Position numbers and translations under genes: made by a program. The notes beneath the pieces are model-generated. The model made no database searches and was not told the DNA's origin. It worked only from the letters and a program-made list of their open reading frames with translations. A stretch of DNA of 64,000 nt from Camelus dromedarius (lineage: Eukaryota), in assembly GCF_036321535.1 (NCBI RefSeq), contig NC_087436.1, positions 117,182,001 through 117,246,000 on the forward strand. Direction: 5' to 3'. This document shows, in pieces, positions 38,701-51,269 of this stretch (positions within the stretch are counted from its first letter, which is position 1; each line of letters opens with the position of its first letter).

Positions 38701-39183
38701 GGATTTATTGGGGTAAGTGAGGGCCTGTGAGTGAATGCAGAGGGACCAGGGGAGATGGAGAGACCACAGGCCGCGGGGCCAGGCCAACCTCCAGTGGAGA
38801 AGCGAGGGACGGGAGTTGGGTAGAGGGGCTTTAGGTGCCATGCAGTATGAGGAAGGTTCAGCAAGGCCCTAACGCACCCTCCAGCCAGCGTCAGCCCCAG
38901 AGGAGCTGCGCGTCCCGGGAACAAGCCTGCCTCATTTCCTGGCCATGCTGTCACTTGCTGGGAACAGCCCCCAAAGCCCGGCCTGGACACCCAGGCTGAT
39001 GGGTGGCAGAGCACAGTGGCTGCGGCCCTTGGTCAGGTCCAGCCCTGTGTGTGGGGGTCTGTGGGCACGTCCCCCTGGCTGCCACACTCAGAGAGGCCAT
39101 GCGCCTGTAGAACAGGGCGCTCGGTGAAGGAGCAAGGAGGACGGATGCCTTCCCTGAGGCCCCGGCTGGGTCACGACGGCCCC

Positions 39184-39458
39184 TGTATGAGTCAGGGCTC
39201 TCCAGAGAAAGAGAATCAATGTGTGGGGGGGGGGGTGTAGAGGGAGAGAGAGAGATTGAGGGAGAGATGTAGTTTCAGGAATTGGCTCCTGTAACGTGGG
39301 GGCTGGCAAGTCTACAATCTGCAGGGCAGCTGGAGACCCAGGGAAGAGCCGATGCTGCAGCTCGAGTTTGCAGGCCGTCTGCTGGCCGAGCTCCCTCTTC
39401 CTGGGGGACCTCAGTCACTTTCTCTTAGGCCCTTCAACTGCTTGGGTGAGGCCCACCC
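39184..39458. mobile_element. MLT2 (ERVL LTR) fragment
   Basis: tgtatgagtcagggctctccagagaaa..aggaattggctc..ggctggcaagtctacaatctgcagggcag..ttcaactgcttgggtgaggcccaccc. Confidence 0.8.
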
Positions 39459-40189
39459 TGGGGCCTTTGCACCTGCTCCTCCACCTGAAAGCCTCCTCCC
39501 CCAGACGTTTGCCCAGCCCCCACCTCCCTCACATCACTGAGGTCTCTGCTGCTGTGGTGTCTTCTCAAAAACATCTTCCCAATCACAGTAGTTCAAACAG
39601 CACCTCTTCACTGGTGCTCACCAGCTTTCTTCTTAGCACTTTTCAAGCACCAAGACTTACACAGTTCTATGTTAATTTGTTTCATATCTTTCCTCCACTC
39701 AAATGGAAGTTCCCTGAGGACAGGGAATTTTCCTGTTTTGTTCATTGCAGAAACTCCAGCACCCAGAGCAGGACCTGGCATGTAATAGGTGCTCACTAAA
39801 TAGCTGTTGAAAGAGTGAACAAAACCAGAGTACAGGCATCTTACACCAGAGTTGGTGCTCTGGTCTCACTGGAGCACACTGCTTCTCAAAGCTCTGTGCT
39901 TCCTGCTTGGGGGTTTTCATGGCAATCAGAGAGAGACTGACTTGCCCTGAGGGCACAAAGAAGCTAGGAGACAGGAGTGAGGGAGCATATAATGCAGATC
40001 AGCTGTTTTTCCAGTGAGATGTTTCAGATAATTACTTGGGACCTTCTGATGTCTTTGTTTTGTAAGTTTCTACCTCTGTATCCAAAGGGTCTCCCTCAGG
40101 GTAAAGATTTCCCAGGTCAAAGTAGAGTCATCCCATTTCTGGCCTCCTTGCAGTCACTCAGAGTGGAAGGGAAGACCAGGCAGGCAGAG

Positions 40190-41875
40190 AATTTGATAGA
40201 GATTTCATTGAATCTGTAGATCACTTTGGGTTGTATGGACATTTTAACAATATTAACTCTTCTAATCCATGAACATGGGATATCTTTCCATTTATTTGTG
40301 TCTTTCATAAATGTTTTTTCAGTGCAAAAGACTTTCACCTTCTTCGTTTATTCCTAAGTATTTTATTCTTTTTGATGTTTGCAAATGGGATTATTTTCCT
40401 AATTTCCTTTTTAAATAATTCATTGTTAGCATACTGAAACACAGCTGATATGTGTATGTTGATTTTGTATCCTGCAACTTTACTGAATCCATTTTTTAGT
40501 TCTAACAGTTTTTGGTGAAGTCTTTAGGACTTCCTATACACAAGATCATGTTGTCTGTGAAGAAGGACAATTTTGCTACTTCCTTTCTGACTTGGATAAT
40601 TTTACTTCTTTTTTTCACTTAATTGCTCTGGCTAGGGCTTCTGAATAGAAGTGGCAAGAATAGTATTCTTGCCTTATTTCTAACCTTGGAGGAAAAACTT
40701 TGGTTTTTCACCATTGAGTATGAATGTTAGCTGTGGGCTATAGTAGCTTCAACAAGTAGTGTTGAGAAAACTGGGTATCTGTATGCAGAAGAATGAAGTT
40801 GGACCCTTAATGTACACCATACACAAAAGTCAGCACAAAACTAATGAAACACTTAAATGTAAGGCCTGCAAATATCAAACTCCCAGAAGAAAACGGGGAG
40901 AATCTCATCACATTGGTCTTGGTAATGGCTTTTTTGAATTTGACACCAAAAGCACAGAAAACAAATGCAAAAATAGACAAGCGGAACTATATCAAAGTAA
41001 AAAGCTTCTGCACAGCGAAGGAAATTATCAAGAGAGTGCAAAAGCAGCCTATAGAATGAGAGGAAAGATTAGCAAACCATCTACCTGATAAGGGGCTAAT
41101 CTGAAAAATATATAGGAAACTTGTACATCTCCACAGCAAAAAACAAAGGAAACTAATAACCTAATTTTTAAAACAGGCTAAGACATTGAATTCATAGACA
41201 TTTCTCCAAAGAAGACACACAAATCATCGGGGAAATACAAATCAAAACCACAATGAGATGTCGTCTTATACCTGTCAAATGGCTGTTACCAAAACACAAA
41301 AGACAGTGTTGGCAAGGATGTGGAGAAATTGGAAAACTTACACCATGCACACGGTTGGTATGCAAAATGGTATGTTTGCTAGAGAAGACAGTTTGGAGAC
41401 TCCTCAGAAAATGAAAAATAGAACCACCACACAACCCAGCAAGCCCAATTCTGGGATTTTATCCAAAAATTGAAACCCCGATCTCTAAGCGATATTAGCA
41501 TTCCTCTTCCTATGAGCATTGCAGCGTTATTTACAACAGCCAAGATGTGGAAACAACCGAAATGTTCATCATTGAATGAATGGATCAAGAAAACATGGTG
41601 TATACATACAGTGGAATATTACTCAGCCTGACCAAAAAAAAGGCAAATCTTGCAGCATGAGACAGCATGGATGGACCTGAAGGACATTACACAAAGTGAA
41701 ATAAACCAGTCACAGAAGGCAAGTACTGCATGAGGTATCTGGAATAGTCAAATTCATAGAATCAAACTGCGGAACAGTGACTGCTAGGGACTGAGGTGGG
41801 GGAAGGGGGAAATGGAAAGTTGCCACCAGTGGATATAAAGTTTCAATTATGCAAGATGAACAAGCTTGTACGATA
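40190..41875 (+). mobile_element. LINE-1 with inverted 5' segment (40190-40740 minus strand; 40745-41875 plus strand)
   Basis: Minus [32 protein letters not shown]. Plus ORF LNVRPANIKLPEEN..KIDKRNYIKVKSFCTAKE, followed by ORF2 end and 3'UTR. Confidence 0.9.
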
Positions 41876-43034
41876 CAAGGAGGCCTGCTGTCTGTGACCA
41901 CCTCCCATCAGCGGCATCCTCTGAGCCCGGCTTGTGTCATACCTGGGGACAGAGGCAGCGCAGGAGTGGAAGTGCCAGCTCTCCTGTGACTTGGGCACAC
42001 CCCTTCATCCTGCTGAACCTTGGTTTCCGCATCTGTTAAACGGCAGTGAGACCACCGAGCTTGCAGGGGTTTTGTGAGGCTCCTGCAGGTTCCGCATCCA
42101 TCACCGTCCACCTGGAGTGGCTGTGAGCTGTGTTCTGGCTCCAACCTGAGAGAACTCCTTCAAACAGAATCCATGCCTTATTTTTTCCCTTAATGCAGTA
42201 GGCCTTCCCAGCTCCTGGCGTATAGCAGGCTCTCAGAAGCTGCAGGTTAATGGAAATGAACTGAATTTGGTTCCGTTAGCTTCTCAGCCCCGCAATTTCT
42301 TTTCATCATCCTTTGAGGTGCGTGGAAAGAAAGATCAGATAGAACCAGGTTGGAACATTGACTCCCTCCCTTTCTACCTGGAATCGTCCTAATTTCCCTG
42401 GGGCTCAGTGGACGAAACAACACTAGGAATCACAGCAAAGTCCGTAAGACGCCCAGCCCGGGGTCTGGCACACACTAGGCACACAATAAATGTTAGCCTC
42501 CTCGCCCTTGCTTGCTGGCCTGAGTCCCCTTGAATAAAGGCGAGTCTTAAACTGGAACAAGACCTGGTTACAGAATGACTCCCCTTCCCAGCCCGAGAGT
42601 TGAACATGCTGCCCAGAGGGGTTTCTTTCCTGCAAATTCTCACTCCTTTTTCAAGTCCTTTGGAGTTAGTGATTAGAACATGGCCAGGAATATGAATGAG
42701 GTGTGAGCTGCAGGGCGAGGGTGGGAGTCTGAGCCAGGAGGGGAGGACCCGGGGTAGATCGGATAAACTATTTAAATGGCTTGGAAATTCAAGAGAACGG
42801 ATTCCTCTGGGAAAGTCATCTTCCACAGCAGGTGTCTTTTTGAAATGGGCTCACAGACTACAAGTTTTTAAAGCCCTTTCCTCTCTCTCCACGGACAGCC
42901 AGTTACAGCAGCATGTGCCTGGCCCCTGCTCTCCTCTCCCTGCCCCGTAGGTGCTGTGCCTCCTCTTCTCCCAGTCTCCACAGGACCTGCAACACTCCCA
43001 GGGTTCGTCCATCTTCTGTTTAATGCCTGGGTTT

Positions 43035-43330
43035 GGCCACGCTACCCAAAGCAATCTACAGATTTAATGCGATCCCTATCAAATTACCTAGGACATTTTT
43101 CACAGAACTAGAACAAACAGTCCTAAAATTTGTATGGAATCACAAAAGACCCAGAATTGCCAAAGAACGAAGCTGGAGGAATAACCCTCCCAGACTTCAG
43201 ACAATACTACAGAGCTGCAGTAATCAAAACGGCATGGTAGTGGCATAAAAACAGGCACATAGATCAACAGAACAGAATAGAGAGCCCAGAAACAAACCCA
43301 CACACTTATGGCCAATTAATATTCAACAAG
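43035..43330 (+). mobile_element. Internal LINE-1 ORF2 fragment without 3'UTR or poly(A)
   Basis: ORF 43033..43248 [41 protein letters not shown]. Ends at ..aatattcaacaag. Confidence 0.92.
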
Positions 43331-45224
43331 TTTTAGGAGCCCCTGCTTGGTTCTAATCCCAGCTACTCCAACACCAGCTGGTGACAGTAGTGAGTGGCAT
43401 CCTTGGGTCACGTCCTCCCAAGGCCCACCCTGGCTTTAGTCCCGCGGGAGTGCAGGTGTAAGGTGACAGTCCCCCACCTCCAGCACACTCAGGCCTCTTC
43501 CATGGCTGGAATGCCGCTCAGCCTGTCTGCAGTGCTGTGTGGACCTGAGGGAGTTAATCCCCTGGGCAGCCACCCCTGTGGGACAGTTTTGGGAGATGTT
43601 CCCATGGGCTGCTCAGAAGTCCAGTGGAATTGACCCCCTTTGTCCACAGAAGCCTCCCTCCTCAAGACCAGCCTTGAACGGCCTCCTCCTTCCCTGCCCC
43701 ACGCTCCCCACCTGCTCCCACCTGCTGTCTGCAGTCATCATTTGTGTCAGCCTCCCGCACCCGATCCTTGTCTCAGGCTCTGCTCTCGGGAACCCCAGGT
43801 CTCCTGACTGTGGGCAAGTTTCTTCCTGCTTTTCATCTGCAAGAGGGGCACTAACAGTGTCACTTCAGAGGATGGTGACATGAGAGTTAAGTAAGCACAG
43901 GCACATGCAGCCTGTAGAATGGTGGCCGGCCGAGAGGAACCCTCAGCAAGTCATTAACAGTATTATTTCAATATTGGCCTCGATGGTGATGACAGCTGAA
44001 AGGGAGCCTCACCAAATGATGTGGATCCAAATGGGAGAAGGCGGCAAGGCGGGCTGAACTCATCGTGCAACCCCACCACCAGGGATGAACCACCCAGGGA
44101 AGGAGGATGAGCAGCTAGCAAAGTTCCATCTTCCCGTCATCAGTCACTTGTTCTTGCAAACTAATCAGAAGGTGTTGCCTGTTGCCTTTCTTACATTTCA
44201 ACAAACAAAATTTAGCAAAACCCACTGAAACTCTTCTTTTGGAATATTTTTAAATAGGAATTATTTTAGCACCGTTTGCAATTTTTTTTATGTGCAGACA
44301 TGAGAGTTTGAATCGGTGACCTGTGTACATTACTTTGGTGTCCAATTCACGTGGTGACAAAAACATTTCCAAACATCTTTTCTTCATGGAACAATTTCTG
44401 TCAAAAGCTTGCTACTGTCTCACTCTTGTTAATAGGTCACCTTACCTTGAAGAGATAGATTGCTTATGTCTTAACTTTTAAAACCTCTGCGAGGCCGCCT
44501 CCCGTCCCAGCCTGGAGCTGACGACAGGCGTGTTCCTGGCGAACAGGCGGCAGTTTGCTGTTCCGTCCTTGTACCGGGGCTTTTCGTTTTGTCTTTAATC
44601 TGTGGTATCTTGCCGCATTCTTTATTAGCTGCGTGTACATTTGTTAGAGTTGATTCCATTAAACCCTAGCAGCACCATCCCCAATTCCGCCACCCAGTAA
44701 ACTGCACAAGGAACGGCACTAGCTCACTCTACGCCAAAAGCAAAGAGAGTTTAAGGGCTCGCTGTCAGCCCCTGTGCACGGTGGAGCCCCACGCCCCTCA
44801 CACGGGCCAGGTGAAGGCTCTGGGGTTGGCCCATCATGAAATGTCATGAAACCACAAACATGAGTCCCAATATCTTTTGCTGCCCGACTCTCACATATCC
44901 TACTGAGGATCGCACTGCTGTCGGTTATACAAAGAAGCCAAACCTAAATTAAAAACCCCGTGACTTCCTCCTCCACTTAAACACCAATAGCAGGTGAAAA
45001 CAAATGCTTGGATGGAGCCTGTTTTTAGGAGTGCTGAGGCCTGCGCGGTGCTGAGTTCAGGGCTATTTTTGACACGTGACTGCAAAGAGCTGTCGCCCTG
45101 TGCTCCCCCTAAAATCCCTTGGCCCGCTGGTACCGGGGCCCCTCCAGGTCACGAGAATAAGTCTCCAGGTGGTTCGGTGCTTTGCTGTAGCGCAAGGTGA
45201 TAAATGCTAACTGAGGTGATGAAG

Positions 45225-45643
45225 TGTGGCTTTTGCTGTAACGAAGCACCACAGTCGGATGGCTGTAGGACAGCAGAAATTGTTTCTCTCACAGTTCTGG
45301 AGACCAAAGGTCCAAAGTCAGGGTGTCGGCGGGACCTGCCTTCTCTCCCGCCTCTGGTGCTGCCGGCAGTCCTTGGCGGTCCTCTGCCTCCAGCTGCATC
45401 CCCCCAATCTCTGCCTCCATCGTCACATGACCATCTTCCCTGTGTGGGTCTGTCTCTGTGTCTCCTCTCCTTATGAGGACAAGAGTCATATTCGACTAAG
45501 GGCCTGCCTTCCTCCAGTGTGAACTCCTCTTAACTGACATCATAATTACATCTGCAAAGACCCTATTTCCAAATAAAGTCACGTTCACAGGTAGAGGTTA
45601 GGGCTTGAATATATGTTTATGAGGACACAGTTCAACCCACAGC
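45225..45643. mobile_element. MaLR LTR (MLT1B-like)
   Basis: gctgtaacgaagcaccaca..taattacatctgcaaagaccctatttccaaataaagtcac..gacacagttcaacccacagca. Confidence 0.85.
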
Positions 45644-45859
45644 AGATGAGAGTGTTCTGCACCCATTGTCAGTTTAAGATAAAAGGAAGGTAAAAAAGAA
45701 GGAAGGGACAGGAGGATGTAGCGAGTACCTTCTGTAATAGTTGCGGGCTTATGGTGCTCAGGGCTCATGAAGAGCCAGTGCTGTGCTGAGGGCTCGTGAG
45801 CTGGCGTTGGATGGTGCCGCACGTCCTGGGAGGAGCCAGGCGCCTACAACAGTTCGAGG

Positions 45860-47066
45860 CAGCGGTTGGGAACAGGGTCATGACTTTGCCCCAGGAGACA
45901 ATTGGCAGTGTCTGGAGACATTTTTGAATCTGTTCATTTCTTTATTGAGCCGTCATAGACATACAACACTGCATTAGTTTCAGGCGTACGACATAACAAT
46001 CTGATAGCTGTACGTACAGGTATTCTCCACCCTCTGAACGTCGAGTGTTCCTACGAAACCTTTCCTAAGCCGAGTGGTGCAAAGCAAAGAAAAGTTAGTT
46101 TAGGACACTTCTTGCTAATGGATGAGATGCAAAAAGTAAATCCAGACAGGGCACAGAAGCTCACAGACACGTTCAGAGCTGTGGAGACTTGATGCCGAAA
46201 TGCTGAGTGTAGTTCCAGGGGAAGGAGCTTGGCGGCGCTGTTCTCCCCGTGCCGCTTGGGTGCTCAACAGCTCGCTGCAAAACACATGCCGAAGGCTAGT
46301 TTTGATTTTTGTCTTTTTTTCGTAAAAGGGAAAATCATCTTCGGATTTCTTTAGGTTGCTGAAAACAAGTATTAATGTAGGCCTTTTGTAAAAGCTGAGT
46401 GTCGTAAAGCAAATTTTCAAAAAGCGAGGGATGCCTGTATTGTACAATGATCACTGTGTTGTGAAATGGTCTGGTTAGCGTCTATCACCTCACACATTGC
46501 AGGATTTTTTTCTTGTGATAAGAACTTTTAAGAGCCTCTCTCTTAGCAATTTTCAAGTATCCAATACAGTGTTATTAACTATAGGCACTGCGCTGTATAT
46601 TATGTCCCCAGGACTTACGTCTTTTATAACAAGACGTTTGTACCTTTTAACCACCTCCCCCAACTCCCCCACCCACCACCTCCTTCCTCTGGCAACCACC
46701 AGTCTGTGCTCTGTACCTATGAGCTCGGTGTGGGGTGGGGGCAGTCAGAGTCCACATGCAAGGGAGATCATACAGTATTTGTCTTTCTCTGACTTATGTC
46801 ACTTAACATAATGAACGGACTCCTAAGGTCCATCCATGTTGTTGCAGATGGCAGGATTTCCTCCTTTTTAAAGGCTTAATAATATTCCGTTTTGTGTGTG
46901 TGTGTATTTTCTGTATCCATTCATTCATCACAACTGAGAGGGTTCTCCTAGTGTCTAGTGGGTAGAGGGCAGGGGTGCTACTAAGCATCTTACAATGCAC
47001 AGGACGGCTCCAGTGTGAGGAGTTTTCCGGCTCCAGGTGTCCTTGCTGCCAAGGTGGAGACATGCT
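45860..47066. mobile_element. MER20 split by an L1 3' end (about 45928-46928, minus strand)
   Basis: MER20 left half tttgccccaggagacaattggcagtgtctggagacatttttg; right half tcacaactg..ctagtgggtagagg..catcttacaatgcacaggac. L1 3'UTR text lies between. Confidence 0.8.
46017..46437. mobile_element. Non-autonomous Tigger (TcMar) element, artiodactyl Tigger1_Art-like
   Basis: TA|CAGGTATTCTCC ... GAGGGATGCCTG|TA: imperfect TIRs with TA target duplication. Confidence 0.8.
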
Positions 47067-49674
47067 GCTTTAAAGGAAGGGAGTGGGTTTACCAGCTGGG
47101 TTGGTTCAGCACACACGGACTTGGCACCAGTTCATCACCAGGCACCAGGAAGGGAGCCTCAGGTGCTCACAACAAGTGGAAAGGAGGTGCCAGTGATGAT
47201 ATGGGAGAAAGTGCTGAGATGGGAAAGCACAGGGGACTGTGCGAGCCCTGGGCGGCCAGGGCATCGGGGAGGGAGGAGAAGTTAGCCAGGCGAGGAGAGG
47301 CAGAAGAGCATTCCCGGCAGGCGGACGGGCGTGGCTGAGTGCAGAGTGCCAAGAAAGCAGAGCATGTGTGGGAAGGAGGAGCAGGTTGCAAGTCTGAGAG
47401 AGATGTGTGCAAAGATGGAGGCAGCGGGAAGGGCCGTGGGCAGGGCCAGGGAGCCTGGACTTCCCTCTGTGCAGAATGTACCGGCCGCGTAGCCTTTTAC
47501 AAGCAAACACAGTGGTGAGACTGTGCTGATGCAGCAGCGTGGAGAAGAGGTTTATGGTAGGAGCTCCACAGGGCGTGAGAAGACTGGACCCGGGAGAGTG
47601 GTTAGCAGCTATTGAAATAGTTCAGGAAAAGGTATGAGGATCAGAGCGTCTTGGCACTTCCGAAGTTGGAAATAGAGCGAAACTGATTGATTATTTCTCT
47701 CTGTCAAGTAATTAGTTGTTGCAGGCTGGCTTCTCCAGGAAGCAGAGTCTGAGGAGGAGTTCAGAGTGCAGAAGTTTCACTGGGGAGTAACACCTGGGCG
47801 AGGAAAGGGCGGAAGCAGATTGAGCAGGGGAAGCATCAGAGCCCAAGTTCTCTGCAAGCCCCACCAGAGCCCTGGAGCAATGCTTGCACATTACAAGGGT
47901 CCCCACGGGCAGGAGTGACTGGGTCTCTGTGCCACCGCCCTGCTTAGGCATAGACTGGGGCCACTATGAGAACAGCACCTCCTGGGCTTCAAAGTTGAGG
48001 TGGACGCCCACGAAGCTAAGAGCTGGAGGCTGTCAGCTAACCACACTCCTCACAGCCCAGCGGCCAAGTACTTTACTGAAGGGGAGCTGAGTGGTGCCTC
48101 TCCATGTCTGCCACACCAGTCACAAAAGACACTCCATCTCATCCAGTCATGGGAACCATATAAGAAGGGGTATGGGACAAGTGAAAACAAACTATTTTTA
48201 TGAACACATATACAGCAGGAAAATTAAATAGATGCCTTAAAAGAAGAAGGAGATTAGAACTTTTAAGAGGAAGAAGAGAAATTTTTGTTTCAGGAAACTC
48301 TAAGAGCTGACCACTGATTTTAAATGAGAACTTCCTAGCAGCCAGGGTGAAAAGGGAAAAAAAAAAAAGAAGATGCTAAAGTTCTCTTTGTTTTATATGG
48401 AAAGCATATATGTCAGGGAGGAGAGAGAAATATTTTCCTGCCCTAAGAATGCGAAGATTACTTTATCACATGAATGTTGCAGCTTGAGAAATGAAATGTT
48501 GAGAAAGTCTGAGAATGTCGCATAGTGAGAAATACTATGGTTTAGTGCATGATACAGAAGCATTACTCATTCAGCTGCTTCTTCCACTCATTCTTAATAA
48601 GTGCTAGGAAACGTATTAAGTAACAGCTTACAAAAGAGACCTTCCGAAGCAGTTTTTAAGATGCTACCGGAAATAACACCGTAGAACCTTTGTGGGCTTG
48701 CTTCTTGGAGAATCTGGAGAAGTTTAACAGCTTTTTTTCTTTTCCTCGTGCTACGTAAGAAGAGCGCTTTTACGTGGCCTGCGGTGCAGAGCAGTGTTTT
48801 TAGGACGATGCCCACTGTGTCTGGAAAGGACTGTCTGCAGGAGCCATCCCAGAGCCGCCTTGCCTATAGGAAGATGTACGTCGGAGTGCTGAGTATTTAA
48901 ATCCAGGGGCTAGAAGTGTCTGCCATGGTCTGATTGTTGTGATCTCAGGGTCCTAATCAGTCAGCCCACCTTTGCGCATATATCCATGTAGGGTTACACA
49001 ATTTAAGGCTTGGTTAAAAAAAAAAAAATGACGGGTTTGCTGAGGCTGGAAAATTGCAGTGTTCAGCCTGTAAAAGGCCTGTCACATGGGTAAGCTTGAA
49101 TCCTAGGAAGATTAGCTCTTTGACTCGATTTCCAGCCAAGGTTTCTGTGTTTCAGGGCGGCATGTGGCTCTGGAGGTCATTTAGTTCAATCCTCCCTCGA
49201 TGTTAGAATCGGCTCCCAGGCATCCTGGCCAAGTGGTGATCTGACCTTCGTCTGGATGCCTCCAATGAGGATGAAGTATAGGCTGGGTAAACAGGAGGTG
49301 CTCAATAAATATTCATCGAGCCAGGGTTTAGTGTGTGTTACAGCAGCCACGTGAGGCACGGGGCACTGTTCATCTACCCAGTGGTGGAGATGGGATTTGA
49401 ACACTGGGTGTGCTCTGCTTTGGGTTCAGGAGACCCTCGTGCTCGACTGCCTCTTTTCCCAGCCAACTCGGTGACCTTGGGCAAGACATTGCATCTCTCA
49501 GGGCCTCTGTTTTCCCACTTTTACACAAAGGCTTGGTACTTTATGGTTCAAAGGTCCCTGCCAGCTCCACCCCTGACGGGGAGTGTGTCTGGGGCCAACC
49601 ATCCCTGCAGGGCCCAGCATCACACACAGCAGGCAGCCCAATCCCCGCCGATCCGTGCCCATCCCTGCTGGCAG

Positions 49675-49861
49675 CCTTCCAGACAGTCCTGGGCCAAAAG
49701 GACACCTCCCGCGGGGCGGAGGAGGTCCTGGCGGAGAGCCACATGCAGAGGAGCATCCGCCTGGTGCCGCGCTGGAGCTGCTCAGGAGTCCCTTCGTCCG
49801 CTGGCAGGTCATCACCGTGGTCACCACCATGGCCTGCTACCAGCTCTGCGGCCTCAATGCG
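49675..49861 (+). pseudogene. SLC2A9: SLC2A9 exon (human exon 7 equivalent), frameshifted: [31 protein letters not shown] / [31 protein letters not shown]
   Basis: Acceptor ctggcag|CC, donor GCG|gtgagc. GLUT9 homology switches from ORF 49410..49865 to ORF 49583..49906 at about 49767. 187 nt. Confidence 0.93.
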
Positions 49862-51269
49862 GTGAGCATCCCCACACCAACGGAGGAACCGGAGGGAGGG
49901 GGCTGATTTGGGGCTTGGGCCCTGGACACCCGGGCTCCAGTCCCAGCTCTGCCACCTCCAGTGGCTCCGTGACTTTGGGGAAACACAGCCTGATCTTCAG
50001 TTTCTGTGCCTGTAAAGTGGGGTAACGTAATATTGAAAGAAATGATCCGTGCAAGGTGTTCCATGAAACAGCCAGCCCAGAACTGCCCCTTAATAAATGC
50101 CGCCTTTCATTATAATTACTTATCCCCAGAAATATTTACAAGTCATATTTCTCAATAAAATGGATATTAGGAAGTCATAGTGAGCAACACTGAGATGATC
50201 TCAGTTAAAGTACTCTTGGCTGGGCTGGCTTCAGCGCACGATCTGGCCTGAGAAAATCTCAAGGCTTTAAAGGAAAAGTTTCCTGGGGCCTGAGTTGATG
50301 TGGGCAGGGAAACCAGAAGAGGGGTGTGCAGTGAGGTCCCTAACTCTTTGATGGAAACAGCCGCCCTTCTCTTCCGGGGGCTCCAGAGGGCAGACTCCAG
50401 GACTTCAAGGACTGAGGAGGCGGACTCGGATCTCTATTGTTATTGTTGGGTCTGGAAAGCAGTGGATTGCCTCCAGGGGCGGTAGGTTCCCCACTCATGA
50501 AAGTGTGCAAGCCAGCTGGCCAGCCACTTAGCAGGGAGGCTGTTGGACTGAAGCATCCACACACACATGCGCGCAAACACTGAGTCACTTATGTAGCCCA
50601 GGACACGTGTGCCTGGACCCAGAAGGAGGGAGAAGGGAACTTCTGAAGGGGCCCAGATAAAATAGCTCCTCCATGTTTATGAGCCTGGGGTCCCCCAAAA
50701 GTTGACAGGGAGGGTCTGTGGTTGTAGAGGGGTGATGACGTGAAAGGGGAGTAGCTCCTGTCTGGAGCGAGAAAGACAACAGCACAGAAAGTGACAACCA
50801 CAATGTCTGCCTCGTTTCAACAACTCCTGATTCTCTTTTTGGAAACATTGAGATGAAATGAAATCATCTCGCTACTTATTCGTGTAACCTTTTCCTTGGT
50901 CTGGTTAACAGCGTGACCTTGGACTAGTCCTCTTGTTTCCTCCTCGTTACAAGACCAAGATCGTGCTAGACAATCCACCTTCCCTGTTCTGAGAAAGCAG
51001 AGGAAGAATGTATCCGTTTCTTAAAGTTAACACTTGGAATTATAAAACCACATATGGAATCTGTATTTAATGAGACATTTCGATTGAGAACCATGACATT
51101 TCTAAACAGAATTCTCTCCTCCGCTGGGACATAATTTTCTGATTTGCACATGCTGTATAACTTTATAAATTCCACTGGGGAATATCTGTAAGCCCCACTG
51201 CATAAGCATAGACCGAAAAAAAAAAACTCCTCCCAGAGCCAGCAGCGCTGACATCCAGCCCCAGAGCAT

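Noticed and set aside
49740..49742. His at the position of human R294 as a damaging change
   Set aside because: R294H is a common human polymorphism, so it is not evidence of decay.
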